Below, one piece after another: positions 9,233-18,479 of a stretch of 21,351 nucleotides of DNA. Under the pieces are notes generated by a model. It saw only the letters and a program-made list of their open reading frames with translations, had not been told where the DNA came from and did no database searches. Location of the stretch: positions 1 through 21,351 of the forward strand of contig JAANOX010000145.1 of the NCBI GenBank assembly GCA_020184695.1, given 5' to 3'. The stretch's first letter is position 1. Every line of letters starts with the position of its first letter. The DNA comes from Histomonas meleagridis 2922-C6/04-290x. Its lineage: Eukaryota; Protista; Parabasalia. The position numbers and the translations under genes are program-made.

Positions 9233-10642
9233 ATGAATTTACCTGGTAACTATAAAGGAACTGTTAGAAAACAAAATAAAGTTAGGTTCCTAGAAGGTTT
9301 ACATGATAGTGACGATTTAATTCAAACTCAATTTATCCATGATTATGAAATTTTTAATTTTTTTTGGGAAAAAAGTCAATTTGAAAAGAGCGTTGAACAC
9401 TTGAACCACATGGTTAATTTGATTCAAGCAGATAACAAGAATTATGTCACACCTGAGAATTTTATTCTTAATACAAGTATAATCCCAGATTTATTTTTCA
9501 AATTAAATTCAGACATAGACATATATGGAAAACACTCTATACTTGCTTTCATATCCGTATTGTTGAAAAAGTCCCAATCAATAAAGGGAAAAATAATAGA
9601 ATTTATCCCGATCGATTACCTAATACAACTATACAAATGTACAACTAGAGAGAGTCAGTTATGCATAATTGATATTTTTATACTAATTCAAACCAAAGAA
9701 TATCCATTCCAAGGAAATCAAGTCTTAATTAATTTTGCTCTTGAAGTTGCCTACAATTACAAAATAAGTGATACAGAATATTATATGAATATACTCAATC
9801 TTATTGATTCCATTATCAAAACTTCATCAGATGATTTTGTTTTGCAATATTGTGAAAAAATAGCAGAACTTATTTCAATGATTTTAAAGGGCGAATGGAG
9901 GTATGTTTATGCAGAAAAATGTATTTCAATTCTCAGCAAATTTGCAGAAAACAAAATAAATATTTTTGAGATAAATAATGAAATGTTACATGAAATAGCT
10001 TCAATTTTAAGCGATAATCGTTTACAAGAAGCTTTCAAGAGTACTTTTCGTTTGCTAGGTGCAACTCTTTATTTTTCGTTAAAGGAAACTACAATTCAGA
10101 TATTTTACGCAATGCCATTTCAAAAGATTATTGATTGGTTTAACATTTCCTCTGAAGACAAGCAGAATATTCAATGCATTTTATTTTTGTTTTCTAACTT
10201 CATTACAGATGTTTCAGAAAGCAATGACATGATAATAGATTCTTTATTAGGCGACAGGGAAATGTTATCTTTCCAAAAAATACTCATTAATGGGAGCTTT
10301 GATGAAAAGTCTGCAGCATTATGGTGCATTTGGTGTATGATTAAGTGCGGAACAATCAATCAAATTTTAAGAATATTTAGTAATCCTCAAATTTTCGAAT
10401 ACTTGGTCGATAATGTGGATATAAACGATATGAGTATGGTGCAAAATTTAATTGTTCCGTCTATTTTGAAATTAGATGCTTTGAAGGAAAATTTCACAGA
10501 AATTGGAAGTTATGTTGAAACAATTTTAGACAAAATACAGACAATAATAGAAATTGGATATAATTCCGATTTCGTTGAGTGGATAAGTGATGAGAATCAC
10601 ATCGATACTAAAGTTTTTGCTTCAAGGTTTTTAGTTCAATGA
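9233..10642 (+). CDS. Divergent ARM/HEAT-repeat protein, importin-alpha-like
   Basis: 469-aa helical ORF. GSFDEKSAALWCIWCMIKCGTINQI resembles late importin-alpha ARM repeats (GxFxxKKEAxWAIxNxxxGGxxxQI). Confidence 0.7.
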   Translation: MNLPGNYKGTVRKQNKVRFLEGLHDSDDLIQTQFIHDYEIFNFFWEKSQFEKSVEHLNHMVNLIQADNKNYVTPENFILNTSIIPDLFFKLNSDIDIYGKHSILAFISVLLKKSQSIKGKIIEFIPIDYLIQLYKCTTRESQLCIIDIFILIQTKEYPFQGNQVLINFALEVAYNYKISDTEYYMNILNLIDSIIKTSSDDFVLQYCEKIAELISMILKGEWRYVYAEKCISILSKFAENKINIFEINNEMLHEIASILSDNRLQEAFKSTFRLLGATLYFSLKETTIQIFYAMPFQKIIDWFNISSEDKQNIQCILFLFSNFITDVSESNDMIIDSLLGDREMLSFQKILINGSFDEKSAALWCIWCMIKCGTINQILRIFSNPQIFEYLVDNVDINDMSMVQNLIVPSILKLDALKENFTEIGSYVETILDKIQTIIEIGYNSDFVEWISDENHIDTKVFASRFLVQ

Positions 10643-11007
10643 AATTTAATGACAATTGAACGATGTTGTTAACTAATGTTTTTATAATAAATAAAATATT
10701 GAAAGTAAAATATTAATTGCACTGTTTCGGGTACCCGTATCTCTGTGTAAGGAAATACATCAAAAAATAAATGAATTTATATATGTAGATTAATCTCTCT
10801 TCCAAATTTGTGAAAAATAAAATAATGTTTTTGGCTTTTTGTTGGCTTTTTTCACATTAATTTTCTACATCAATTGGATTCTTACTTAATGAGGATAATT
10901 TCAACATTAAGTTTCATGTTGTTAAAAAAAAAAAAAAAAATAAAATGGGGGAATTCAAGTTGGAAACCAAATTTTTAACATTTTCTATCATTAACAATTG
11001 GTAAGTA

Positions 11008-11347
11008 TTGGTAGATATATAATGCTGACCCAAGGGTCCCTGGGATTGTCCCGACCTTACTATTTTCTGGTGGGGTCAATGGGGTCTTCGGCCTCCGGAG
11101 GTGCCCTTCGGGGACCATCAGCTCGCTCCGCTCGCTACAAAAATTAACAATGATAATTGTATACTTTTACAATTCTCTTAATGATTTGGTTACCTATTCA
11201 AAATTCAATGCGCGCGAAACTTTTTGATAGAAACGATAGTACTTTTCACGCCACTCATCACATAAGCTCATCAAAAATCTCGTATGACCAGCGAGAATTG
11301 TCCCAGGTCATGTTTGGCCGTACATTTATCCTATTATAGTGGCAAAC
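11008..11347. repeat. GC-rich hairpin module, copy A
   Basis: Shares TTGGTAG(A/G)TATATAATGC, GATTGTCCCGACCTTA, CTTCGG loops, GCTCGCTCCGCTCGCTAC (11120-11137), ACGATAG(T/C)ACTTTT and ATGTTTGGCCG with copies at ~17970 and ~20605. Confidence 0.9.
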
Positions 11348-11433
11348 ATAATTTTGGCGCATTATATTATTTGCTTAATAAATTTGCGCCAAATTTTAAT
11401 TAGTAAATAAATGTTATATTATATCACTTCATT

Positions 11434-11703
11434 TTGTTCATGAATGGTCATATTTATTCCATTGCTCAAATTGCTCACAATATCATAAATAAAGATCTGG
11501 ATGTTATTGATGTTGCAATATTCTTCGATCCTAAACATAATAAAATGGGAAATTACAACAATTTTATTATCAATCCAATTGGAATTATAATAAAACATAG
11601 TAATTCTCCCGATTTTTATTTTGTTCACAAAAAAATAGAAGAATTCTTCTATTTCCAATACTATTATCAATTACAATTACTGAAAATAAGAAACCACCTA
11701 TAA
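11434..11703 (+). CDS. Hypothetical ORF (NGHIYSIAQIA...DVAIFFDPK) downstream of the hairpin module
   Basis: ORF track. A homologous segment lies at 18304-18421 in the same position relative to module B. Confidence 0.3.
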   Translation: MFMNGHIYSIAQIAHNIINKDLDVIDVAIFFDPKHNKMGNYNNFIINPIGIIIKHSNSPDFYFVHKKIEEFFYFQYYYQLQLLKIRNHL

Positions 11704-11778
11704 ATCAAAATATTCATTATTTAGAAATAGACTTATTTCCATTGAAATGTAAATTTGGACACACGAAATATTAACAGC

Positions 11779-11872
11779 CATGAATATAATGAAGTCTGGA
11801 CCCAACGAAGTGAGGGACCCGAGTGTTTGTAGGACACTCAGGGTGTTGGGTCCAGACTTCATTATATTCATG
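11779..11872. repeat. Perfect 28-bp inverted repeat with a structured GC-rich loop
   Basis: CATGAATATAATGAAGTCTGGACCCAAC (11779-11806) pairs with 11845-11872; inner GAGTGT/ACACTC stem. Confidence 0.95.
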
Positions 11873-11906
11873 TCGAAACAAATAATAAAATAATAAAAAA
11901 AAATAT

Positions 11907-12176
11907 TTATTTCTTTTGACCAACTAGTGCATTTGCTACACCATCTTTAACAGGTGAGAATTTATCTGCTATTTTAATTCCTTTTGCAATAGCACCTGCA
12001 TGTTCAGGTAAATTTTCAATTCCAGGTATTTTACCTACTGTATTTACAACAGGTTTGGCTACTTTATTCCAAACATTACCTATAAATCTTCCAACTGGTT
12101 TAATAATTTTATCTCTGATCCAAGCACCAGCTTTTTTAAATCCATTTTTAATTTTGTTCCAAAAACCTCACGCCAT
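11907..12176 (-). pseudogene. Amphipathic peptide gene 2 (89 codons, TGA at codon 3)
   Basis: MA*GFWNKIKNGFKKAGAWIRDKIIKPVGRFIGNVWNKVAKPVV...DKFSPVKDGVANALVGQKK*; inverted copy at 19956-20201. Confidence 0.75.
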
Positions 12177-12206
12177 AAATAATAATAAAAATAAATATTT
12201 ATTTCT

Positions 12207-12453
12207 TTATTTATAAAAATCAGGATGTAAATTAGAGAGGATCTTATCATTTGCTTCCATACCTACTGATTTGAATATGAGAGCTATTCTATCTTCTACT
12301 TCAAATATTTTATCTACAAGTAATTTCTTTAAAGGTCCTATTTATGTAATATCTTCTTTATGTTGTTCAGCAAATTCATAACCTTTCACAATATGAGGAC
12401 TAATTTTTGCGAAGCCTTCTTTCATTTTATAAGTAAAGATTCTATTTTCTTTA
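12207..12453 (-). pseudogene. Amphipathic peptide gene 1, 5'-truncated at the mariner
   Basis: Reads KEGFAKISPHIVKGYEFAEQHKEDIT*IGPLKKLLVDKIFEVEDRIALIFKSVGMEANDK...; homologous to 19641-19910. Confidence 0.65.
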
Positions 12454-12455
12454 TA

Positions 12456-13748
12456 TAGGGGGGACGTAAAAGTTTTATCCTAAATATGATTCTTTTATTT
12501 TTTTTTAATAAAAATTATATATATAAAAATACAAAAGACTGTAATAATAATGATATAATTTTTGATATCAGAAATATTCTATATATCAAGATAATGTCAA
12601 AAATAAACTTTCATATTGTCATTCTTTTTAAACATTTTTCATTTTTATGGAAGTCGAACAAAGAGCAGTCATATTTTCCCTGAAAAGAAAAGGCTTTAAA
12701 CTCAGCCAAATTAAACAAGAGTTAGATGATGTTTATCACCAAGATGCACTCGATATTAATACCATAAAATATTATTGGGTGCATCAATTTAAATTAGGGA
12801 GATCTGAAATAACAAACATTCAAAGTCCAGGAAGACCAGTACTTGATTTCATTGATTCAAAAATTTTGGCTGCACTCGAAATGGAACCATTTCATTCGAC
12901 ATATACATTAAGTGAAGCCTTATCTATACCACGATCCACCGTAAATGATCACCTCAATAAATTAGGCTTCCATTATTATAATTTAAGAGTGGTGCCATAT
13001 GAACTGACATGTGAAATGAAAGAAGAAAGAGTGCGAATAGCAACTGAGCTTCTTGATATCTCAAAAGTTAGTAAGAGAAAAGGTTTCCATAGAATCATAA
13101 CTGGGGATGAATCATGGTTTTTCTTATCATATGATCACAAGCATATGTGGTCACAATCAAGAGATAATTTACCTGAAATTATCGATACAAAAATTGACAC
13201 GATAAAATATATGGTAACTATCTTTTGGAATATTGATCAATTCTTTATAGTTGATATTATGAAAGATGGTGAAAAATATAACTCAAAGTATTTTATTAAT
13301 AATATAATTAAACTATTGAAGCAAATTGTATACCCACAAAGAAAAAAGCCCAATGAAAACCCATATGTTTTACATTTCGATAATGCATCTCCTTATACCT
13401 CTAATGCTTCAACTAAATTTTTGGTTGATAATGGTTTTAAAAGAGCTCCACAGCCACGATATTCACCAGATCTTGCTCCTTCAGATTTCGTTTTATTTGG
13501 TTTTTTAAAAAATCAACTAGAAGTAGAAAAATTCGATGATTTTCAACAATTGCACGATAAAATAACTGAAATTTTGTGTGAAATTTCGAAGGATACTTTA
13601 GCAAAAGTTATTGAAAAATAAATTGAAAGATGTCAATGGGTGATATTAAACAAAGGTAACTACTATCATAAGTAAACCTAAAAAATATAATTAAAATCTT
13701 TTATTTCGATTCTATTATATGTAAGATAAAACATTTTAGTTTCCCCTA
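12456..13748 (+). mobile_element. Full-length mariner element (~1.29 kb) with imperfect ~30-bp TIRs and TA target duplication
   Basis: Left end TA|TAGGGGGGACGTAAAAGTTTTATCC; right end GATAAAACATTTTAGTTTCCCCTA|TA; encloses a DD34D transposase. Confidence 0.92.
12647..13675 (+). pseudogene. Mariner DD34D transposase with a late premature stop
   Basis: ITGDESW, HFDNASPY and YSPDLAPSDF, with 34 residues between the 2nd and 3rd Asp. TAA at 13619-13621 is followed in frame by IERCQWVILNKGNYYHK*. Confidence 0.9.
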
Positions 13749-13824
13749 TAACAGTATTGTTTTTAAAAAAGCAAAATGAAAAACAAAATAATGTTATTAA
13801 TAAATTAGAAGTTTTATAGTATTC

Positions 13825-13841
13825 CCGCCGCTTCGCGGCGG
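13825..13841. other. Isolated GC mini-hairpin CCGCCGC-TTC-GCGGCGG (GCGAAGC on the minus strand)
   Basis: 7-bp perfect stem in otherwise AT-rich DNA, 20 bp outside the left inverted repeat of the recombinase element. Confidence 0.85.
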
Positions 13842-13860
13842 TCGATACGATAAAACTTTC

Positions 13861-15011
13861 AATTCTATACCACTTTTTTTACAGAAAAAAATCCAATAAA
13901 TAACCATTAATTTTAAAATTCGTTATCAAGACCTCAATTTATTAATAAAAAAGTTTATATAAAACATTTTTATTAAATGCTATTTGAACAACTTGTTGAA
14001 GAAATCAGAGTTCAAAAACGAAATTCAATTAGACCAAATTCTTTAAACACATACAATAGTCATATTAAAACGTATGAAAAAAAATTCAAAGAAATTGAAT
14101 AAGCACCTGAACCATTTCCTATTACAGATGCAAAAATGAGGGCATTCTTATGTTATATTAAAAATATTCAAAAAAAAAAAACAACTTTAAATACAATTAA
14201 ATTATATGTTGCTTCATTTTCACATTATTTTCGTATTAATGATCAAAATGATTTAACAAAAATGCCAAATTTGAAGAATTTTAAAAATCAATTAAATTAA
14301 GTTTAACTTTAAATCCCCCTCATAAAAAAAAAGGGGTATTCAAAGAAATAATGTCCAAAATTGTCAATCAAATTGATTTGACAAAATACTATAATTTACG
14401 ATTTATGACTGCTATAAGTTTGATGTATTATGGATTTTTAAGAATTTCTGAACTTACAAATCTAAAATACAATGATATTTTAATCGAAGAAAATGGAATT
14501 ACTTTAAATATTCGAATTTCAAAAAATGATCCATTTGGAAAAGGATGTATTTGTTATATTCAAAATTCGAATACACCTTATTCTCCTTATATTTTATTAA
14601 ATCGACTTAAACAATTTCCCAATTTTAAATCAAAAACATATCCATTCAAATATAATATATCCAATTTTAATTCTAAATTAAGAATTCTTATTGATTTAAT
14701 TGGTATTAAAGATACTCAAAATTATTCTTCTCATAGTCTTAGAAGAGGAGGAACTACTGAAGCTGCAAGAGCAGGAATTCAAGATAATATAATAAAACAA
14801 CATGGTAGATGGAAATCTACAATTTTTATGTTATACACCTCAATTAAGAGAAAAAAAGCTGGGGAAATTATCACAAATTTGATTTAGATAAACAATTGAT
14901 TTTAATTTTTATTAAAAAAATATGTTATCTCGAGAAATCTTGAGCATAATAAACGATCTAAAATTAGCGGTTATTCATCGAATTTTTAATGAAAAAAAGT
15001 GGTATAGAATT
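13861..15011 (+). mobile_element. Tyrosine-recombinase-only element bounded by inverted repeats
   Basis: Perfect 20-bp IR AATTCTATACCACTTTTTTT (13861-13880) and AAAAAAAGTGGTATAGAATT (14992-15011), extending imperfectly inward to ~60 bp. A single YR gene lies inside; no TSD seen. Confidence 0.7.
13977..14887 (+). pseudogene. Tyrosine recombinase (DIRS/Ngaro/Crypton-like catalytic domain plus N-terminal core-binding domain), with one stop and one frameshift
   Basis: The catalytic set is intact: LRISEL (R), SKND (K), HSLRRGG (HxxR), HGRWKS (H), LYT (Y). The upstream frame from ATG 13977 (RPNSLNTYNSHIK...TIKLYVASFSHYF) has TAA at 14100-14102 and a frameshift near 14285-14300. Confidence 0.88.
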
Positions 15012-15029
15012 ATAGTTCTTTTATTTTAA

Positions 15030-15420
15030 TGATTTCATAAGGATTGGAACAGCTGTGTGTGCGTGTAAAGAACCGTATATTTAACCATCAAGATATCTTG
15101 TAATTGATCAAGAATTTCTTTTTTTGAAATACAGATACCCATTGCTCGCATATAAACATTTGGTTCGGCTCATTTAGATATAACATAATTAATTATTTTA
15201 TTTGAATGTTTACTCATATGTATTGGATTTGAAGGTATACTTGATTATGGTGTTATTTGATTTCAGATTTTTCTTTTTACTTCCAATTGTTTCAATTTAA
15301 CGTCTTAAACTCCATTCATTTTCAAATAAATCAATTTCATCTTCACCTGTAATATACGACAATTAAATTCATTTTCTTTACGTTTTGTTCTTTTCATTCA
15401 TTTAATTCTTTTCGTTTAAT
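15030..15420 (-). pseudogene. Degenerate coding remnant of unknown family
   Basis: Protein-like stretches across frameshifts (SYITGEDEIDLFENEW; IPSNPIHMSKHSNKIINYVISK*AEPNVYMRAMGICISKKEILDQLQDILMVK). Confidence 0.3.
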
Positions 15421-16026
15421 TTGCTATGGTTTATTTTTAATAATTAAATAATTAAATTCTTTTTAAAATGCATTAGCAAACAAAGAACTTAAACGATGCT
15501 ATAAATTATCAAAGCATCTACGCATTGTTTTAAATGGACGATCAATTCTTATTGGCATATATTCGAAAAATGGATCATAATAATATGGAAAATTAAACCA
15601 AACATGATAAAAAGGAATTAAAAATGTTAATTGTTCACGTATATCAAAATTCGAGCATTTGTAGAAAATTTCTAAAACACTAATGGATTTCTAAGTATTC
15701 TGATTGAAGTAACGTTAGCTCTAATGTCAAAAAATCACATGAAACATCACGTTTGTAAAATCTTTGATTTTCTTTGGATATTTATATATAATGTTTTTAG
15801 AGAAATCTCGATGTTTGTTGCATATTTTGATTATGAGTGATTGAAATTCAGACCAAAAGCGAGAATGATCATGGTGCGAAAGTATTTCAACTTTATTTTA
15901 TATGTCGTGAAGCTTGGTCATTCGTATTTCAATGCAAAATCAAATTTTCAATATAACGGACATTTCATAAAAGTTATAAAACTTAATTTTTAAATTTTTG
16001 AAAAAAAAGTTACGGTTATGAAATAA

Positions 16027-17667
16027 ATGCAATTCGAAGGTGATCCATATCACAAATTCAAAAAGGCAAAGAACCCATCAGATGGAAAGTATTATTTTTA
16101 TTGTTGTACAACAAAAATTCTTAATGGTCAAGTGATCCAGTGTTCATTCCATGAAAGATATGATCATTTCAAATCCTATTTGGATCATTTCAAAATGAGC
16201 CACATGAATGTCAATTTGAATTACTAAAGAAAGACATAAAGGGAACACTACACCAGTACGCGCAAAAAGATAAAAAAGAAAAAAAAAGATGAAATATCAT
16301 ATGATGGATTACTGACAGAAGTAGCACGTTGCATTGGACTAATGAATCTGTCAACAACATTTGGAGGATCTGAACAACTTCGTCGTTTGATTGTTTATGC
16401 AGCAGCATTGAAATCAATTACTTTATCTGGATGCAGTAATCCTCTCGAACAGGCCGAAAGAATCATTCCACGCTTTGATAGAAAGGATATTCGTAATCGC
16501 ATGATTACAATTGCTCATGAAATCAAAGAAGAATCTGTATTAAAGTTGGCAAGTCTTCCATACATCTCACTTGCTGCTAATGAGGGAAGCACAAGAGGTA
16601 CAAAAAACATGGACTTCGTTGCAGAATGTCCAGATTCTGAAATTTATTCTTTTCCTATTCTAACTCTCAGGATGGACTCACTCTTTGCTTCTAGCTATGC
16701 AAATGTTTTCAATACAGGGCTTAGAATCATTCACTCTCACAAAATCAATATTGGATCTATTATAGTTGATGGACATCGAGGTCAGCTTAAAGCATTAAAT
16801 CCAAAGTGGAAATACTCAATCTTTAGAACTTCAAATTTTCAATGGATTCAACCAATTTTAGTTATTCCATGTATATGCCATAGAATTCATAATTTATTTA
16901 AAGCATGTTCTAGATCTAATGCGGAAATCAATAATGCTTTAATGTTATTACATCAATCAGCAGAAAATCTTAGAAGAGATGCAATTAATGTTGGAGCTAT
17001 ATGCCCTCCACATGTTTCAACAAGATGGATTAACGATGCTGACATTGCATTTTTTCACATAAAACATGATGTTTCATTTGATTACTCAGACGAATTAATT
17101 CCAATATTTGTAATATTTAAAACATTGATTTTGGAGTTTGAAGATTCAAAAGCATTTATTTCACATGTATATCCACGAGTGGATACTGCACTTGAGGCAT
17201 TACATAAGCTAGAAAAAAAAGGTAATTCTTTTGCAAATTGTTTTCATAACTTATTATACTCATATACACTAGGATCAGAAGAAGCAGGAATATGGCTCCT
17301 CGCATACTTGTTTACACCATCAGGTCATAAGGATTTTAAAATAAGAATATTACAAAATCATATGAAGCCATACGGAAATAACTTCTTATCTCAGTTTATA
17401 ATTGATAAGTTTGTTAAGAAAGATGAAATAGATGAAATTATAGAAGAATTGATTGAAGATAATATTTCCAATATTATTGACAATAATGAACCTCCAGATG
17501 CAGATGAATATCAAGTAACAGTTGACACAACAGATCTGATTCACCCTATTCCACACAATGATGACATCGATGATAAAGATGAGATGGATGAAGAAGAAGA
17601 AGTTATACCTAATTTGTCACAAAGCACAGCTTTACAAATGGCTAGTAACTATTCAAAAGAATTGTGA
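16027..17667 (+). pseudogene. hAT-like transposase, frameshifted and C-terminally truncated
   Basis: N-terminal Cys/His cluster (BED-like), ISLAANEG (first Asp position degenerate), IIVDG, CICHRIHN (CxxH) and VSTRW. Two compensating frameshifts in A-runs near 16192 and 16280. No C-terminal dimerisation domain. Confidence 0.75.
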
Positions 17668-17712
17668 ATGAAACAATAAGTCAATACTAATGAATTTTTC
17701 GTGCCCTTTCAC

Positions 17713-17830
17713 ATGTCTACTCAGTTGATTGAGAATTGGGTTATTGTACTTCCAATCGTCTCGATAGGTGCCATCCGTTATGATCGTCGTCGTAAAGATG
17801 TTCCCCCTCATCTTATTCACCCTCAATTGA
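17713..17830 (+). pseudogene. Small hydrophobic ORF, one frameshift
   Basis: MSTQLIENWVIVLPIVSIGAI joined across a 1-nt shift to VMIVVVKMFPLILFTLN*; GC content visibly above the flanks. Confidence 0.35.
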
Positions 17831-17863
17831 TAAATCTCCCACAACATTAATTTTTTTATTGTT

Positions 17864-17974
17864 ATGCCTAGTAGGTCACGTAGACGTCCATTGAAAACTG
17901 TAAAGTACTCTAATGAGACTTATAACTGTTCAGGAAATATTACATTCAATACAGGTTCCGGTGACGGCCCCTAG
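17864..17974 (+). pseudogene. Arg-rich N-terminus resembling a CRESS-DNA virus capsid, truncated into hairpin module B
   Basis: MPSRSRRRPLKTVKYSNETYNCSGNITFNTG. An Arg-rich arm plus KYSNET matches my recollection of capsids of protist-associated cressdnaviruses. Confidence 0.5.
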
Positions 17975-18273
17975 GATCCCTGTGATTGTCCCGACCTTAA
18001 GTTTTCACTCGGGGGATTTCCGAGGTCTTCGGACACCTCCGGAGGCCTCAGACCCTCTCAGTCCCCCGAGTGTGCTCGCTCCGCTCGCTACATAATTCGA
18101 AATGATTTTTTATACCCATACAATTCAAAATTCAATGAACGCGAAACTTTTTGATAGAAACGATAGTACTTTTAGCACCACTTTTCACATAAACCTATCA
18201 AAAAATTCACATAATTAACACGAATGATCCCCGGTTATGTTTGGCCGGACATTTATTATATTTGGTGGCAAAC
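17970..18273. repeat. GC-rich hairpin module, copy B
   Basis: CCTAGGATCCCTGTGATTGTCCCGACC; ACTCGGGGGA/TCCCCCGAGT stem (18007-18016/18062-18071); GTC-TTCG-GAC; GCTCGCTCCGCTCGCTAC at 18074-18091. Confidence 0.9.
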
Positions 18274-18303
18274 TTAATTATAAATAGTAAATAACTGTTA
18301 TTA

Positions 18304-18421
18304 ATTATCACTTCATTTTTCTTCAAGAATGGTCATATTTATTCCATTGCTCAAATTGCGGACAATATCAAAAATAAGATCTTGATGCTATTGATGTTGC
18401 AATATTCTTTGATCCTAAATA
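18304..18421 (+). pseudogene. Second, truncated copy of the ORF at 11434
   Basis: Collinear with ~11422-11533, with a 1-nt deletion; similarity stops abruptly at GATCCTAAA. Confidence 0.6.
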
Positions 18422-18450
18422 CAGGGGGGTGAAAAAGTACCCACCCCTCA
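18420..18450 (+). mobile_element. Possible orphan Tc1/mariner-type terminus (TA|CAGGGGGGTGAAAAAGTACC)
   Basis: Begins at a TA exactly where homology to the 11.4-kb copy ends; no partner TIR found. Confidence 0.3.
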
Positions 18451-18479
18451 AAAATGCTCAAATCTTAATATTAATTAAT

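Noticed and set aside
10729-10738. Short palindromes CGGGTACCCG and AATCAGCTGATT (~9127)
   Set aside because: Single, short and unrepeated, so nothing supports a function.
11895-11912. A-run/T-run palindromes at gene ends as a mimivirus-type hairpin polyadenylation signal
   Set aside because: Equally explained by stop-codon TAAA plus a T-rich downstream tract and by base composition.
13817-13825. TAGTATTCC, one mismatch from the CRESS nonanucleotide TAGTATTAC
   Set aside because: It lies at the base of the hairpin rather than in the loop, and such near-matches are common in AT-rich DNA.
14100-14102. Recurrent in-frame TAA stops suggesting TAA-to-Gln reassignment
   Set aside because: Long host ORFs are open in the standard code and end in TAA/TGA. 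The stops are confined to decayed elements, and the mariner one falls at a Trp position.
17913-18095. ORFs over the GC modules (11157, 17913, 20671)
   Set aside because: Open only because GC-rich DNA lacks stops; the frame is not conserved between copies.
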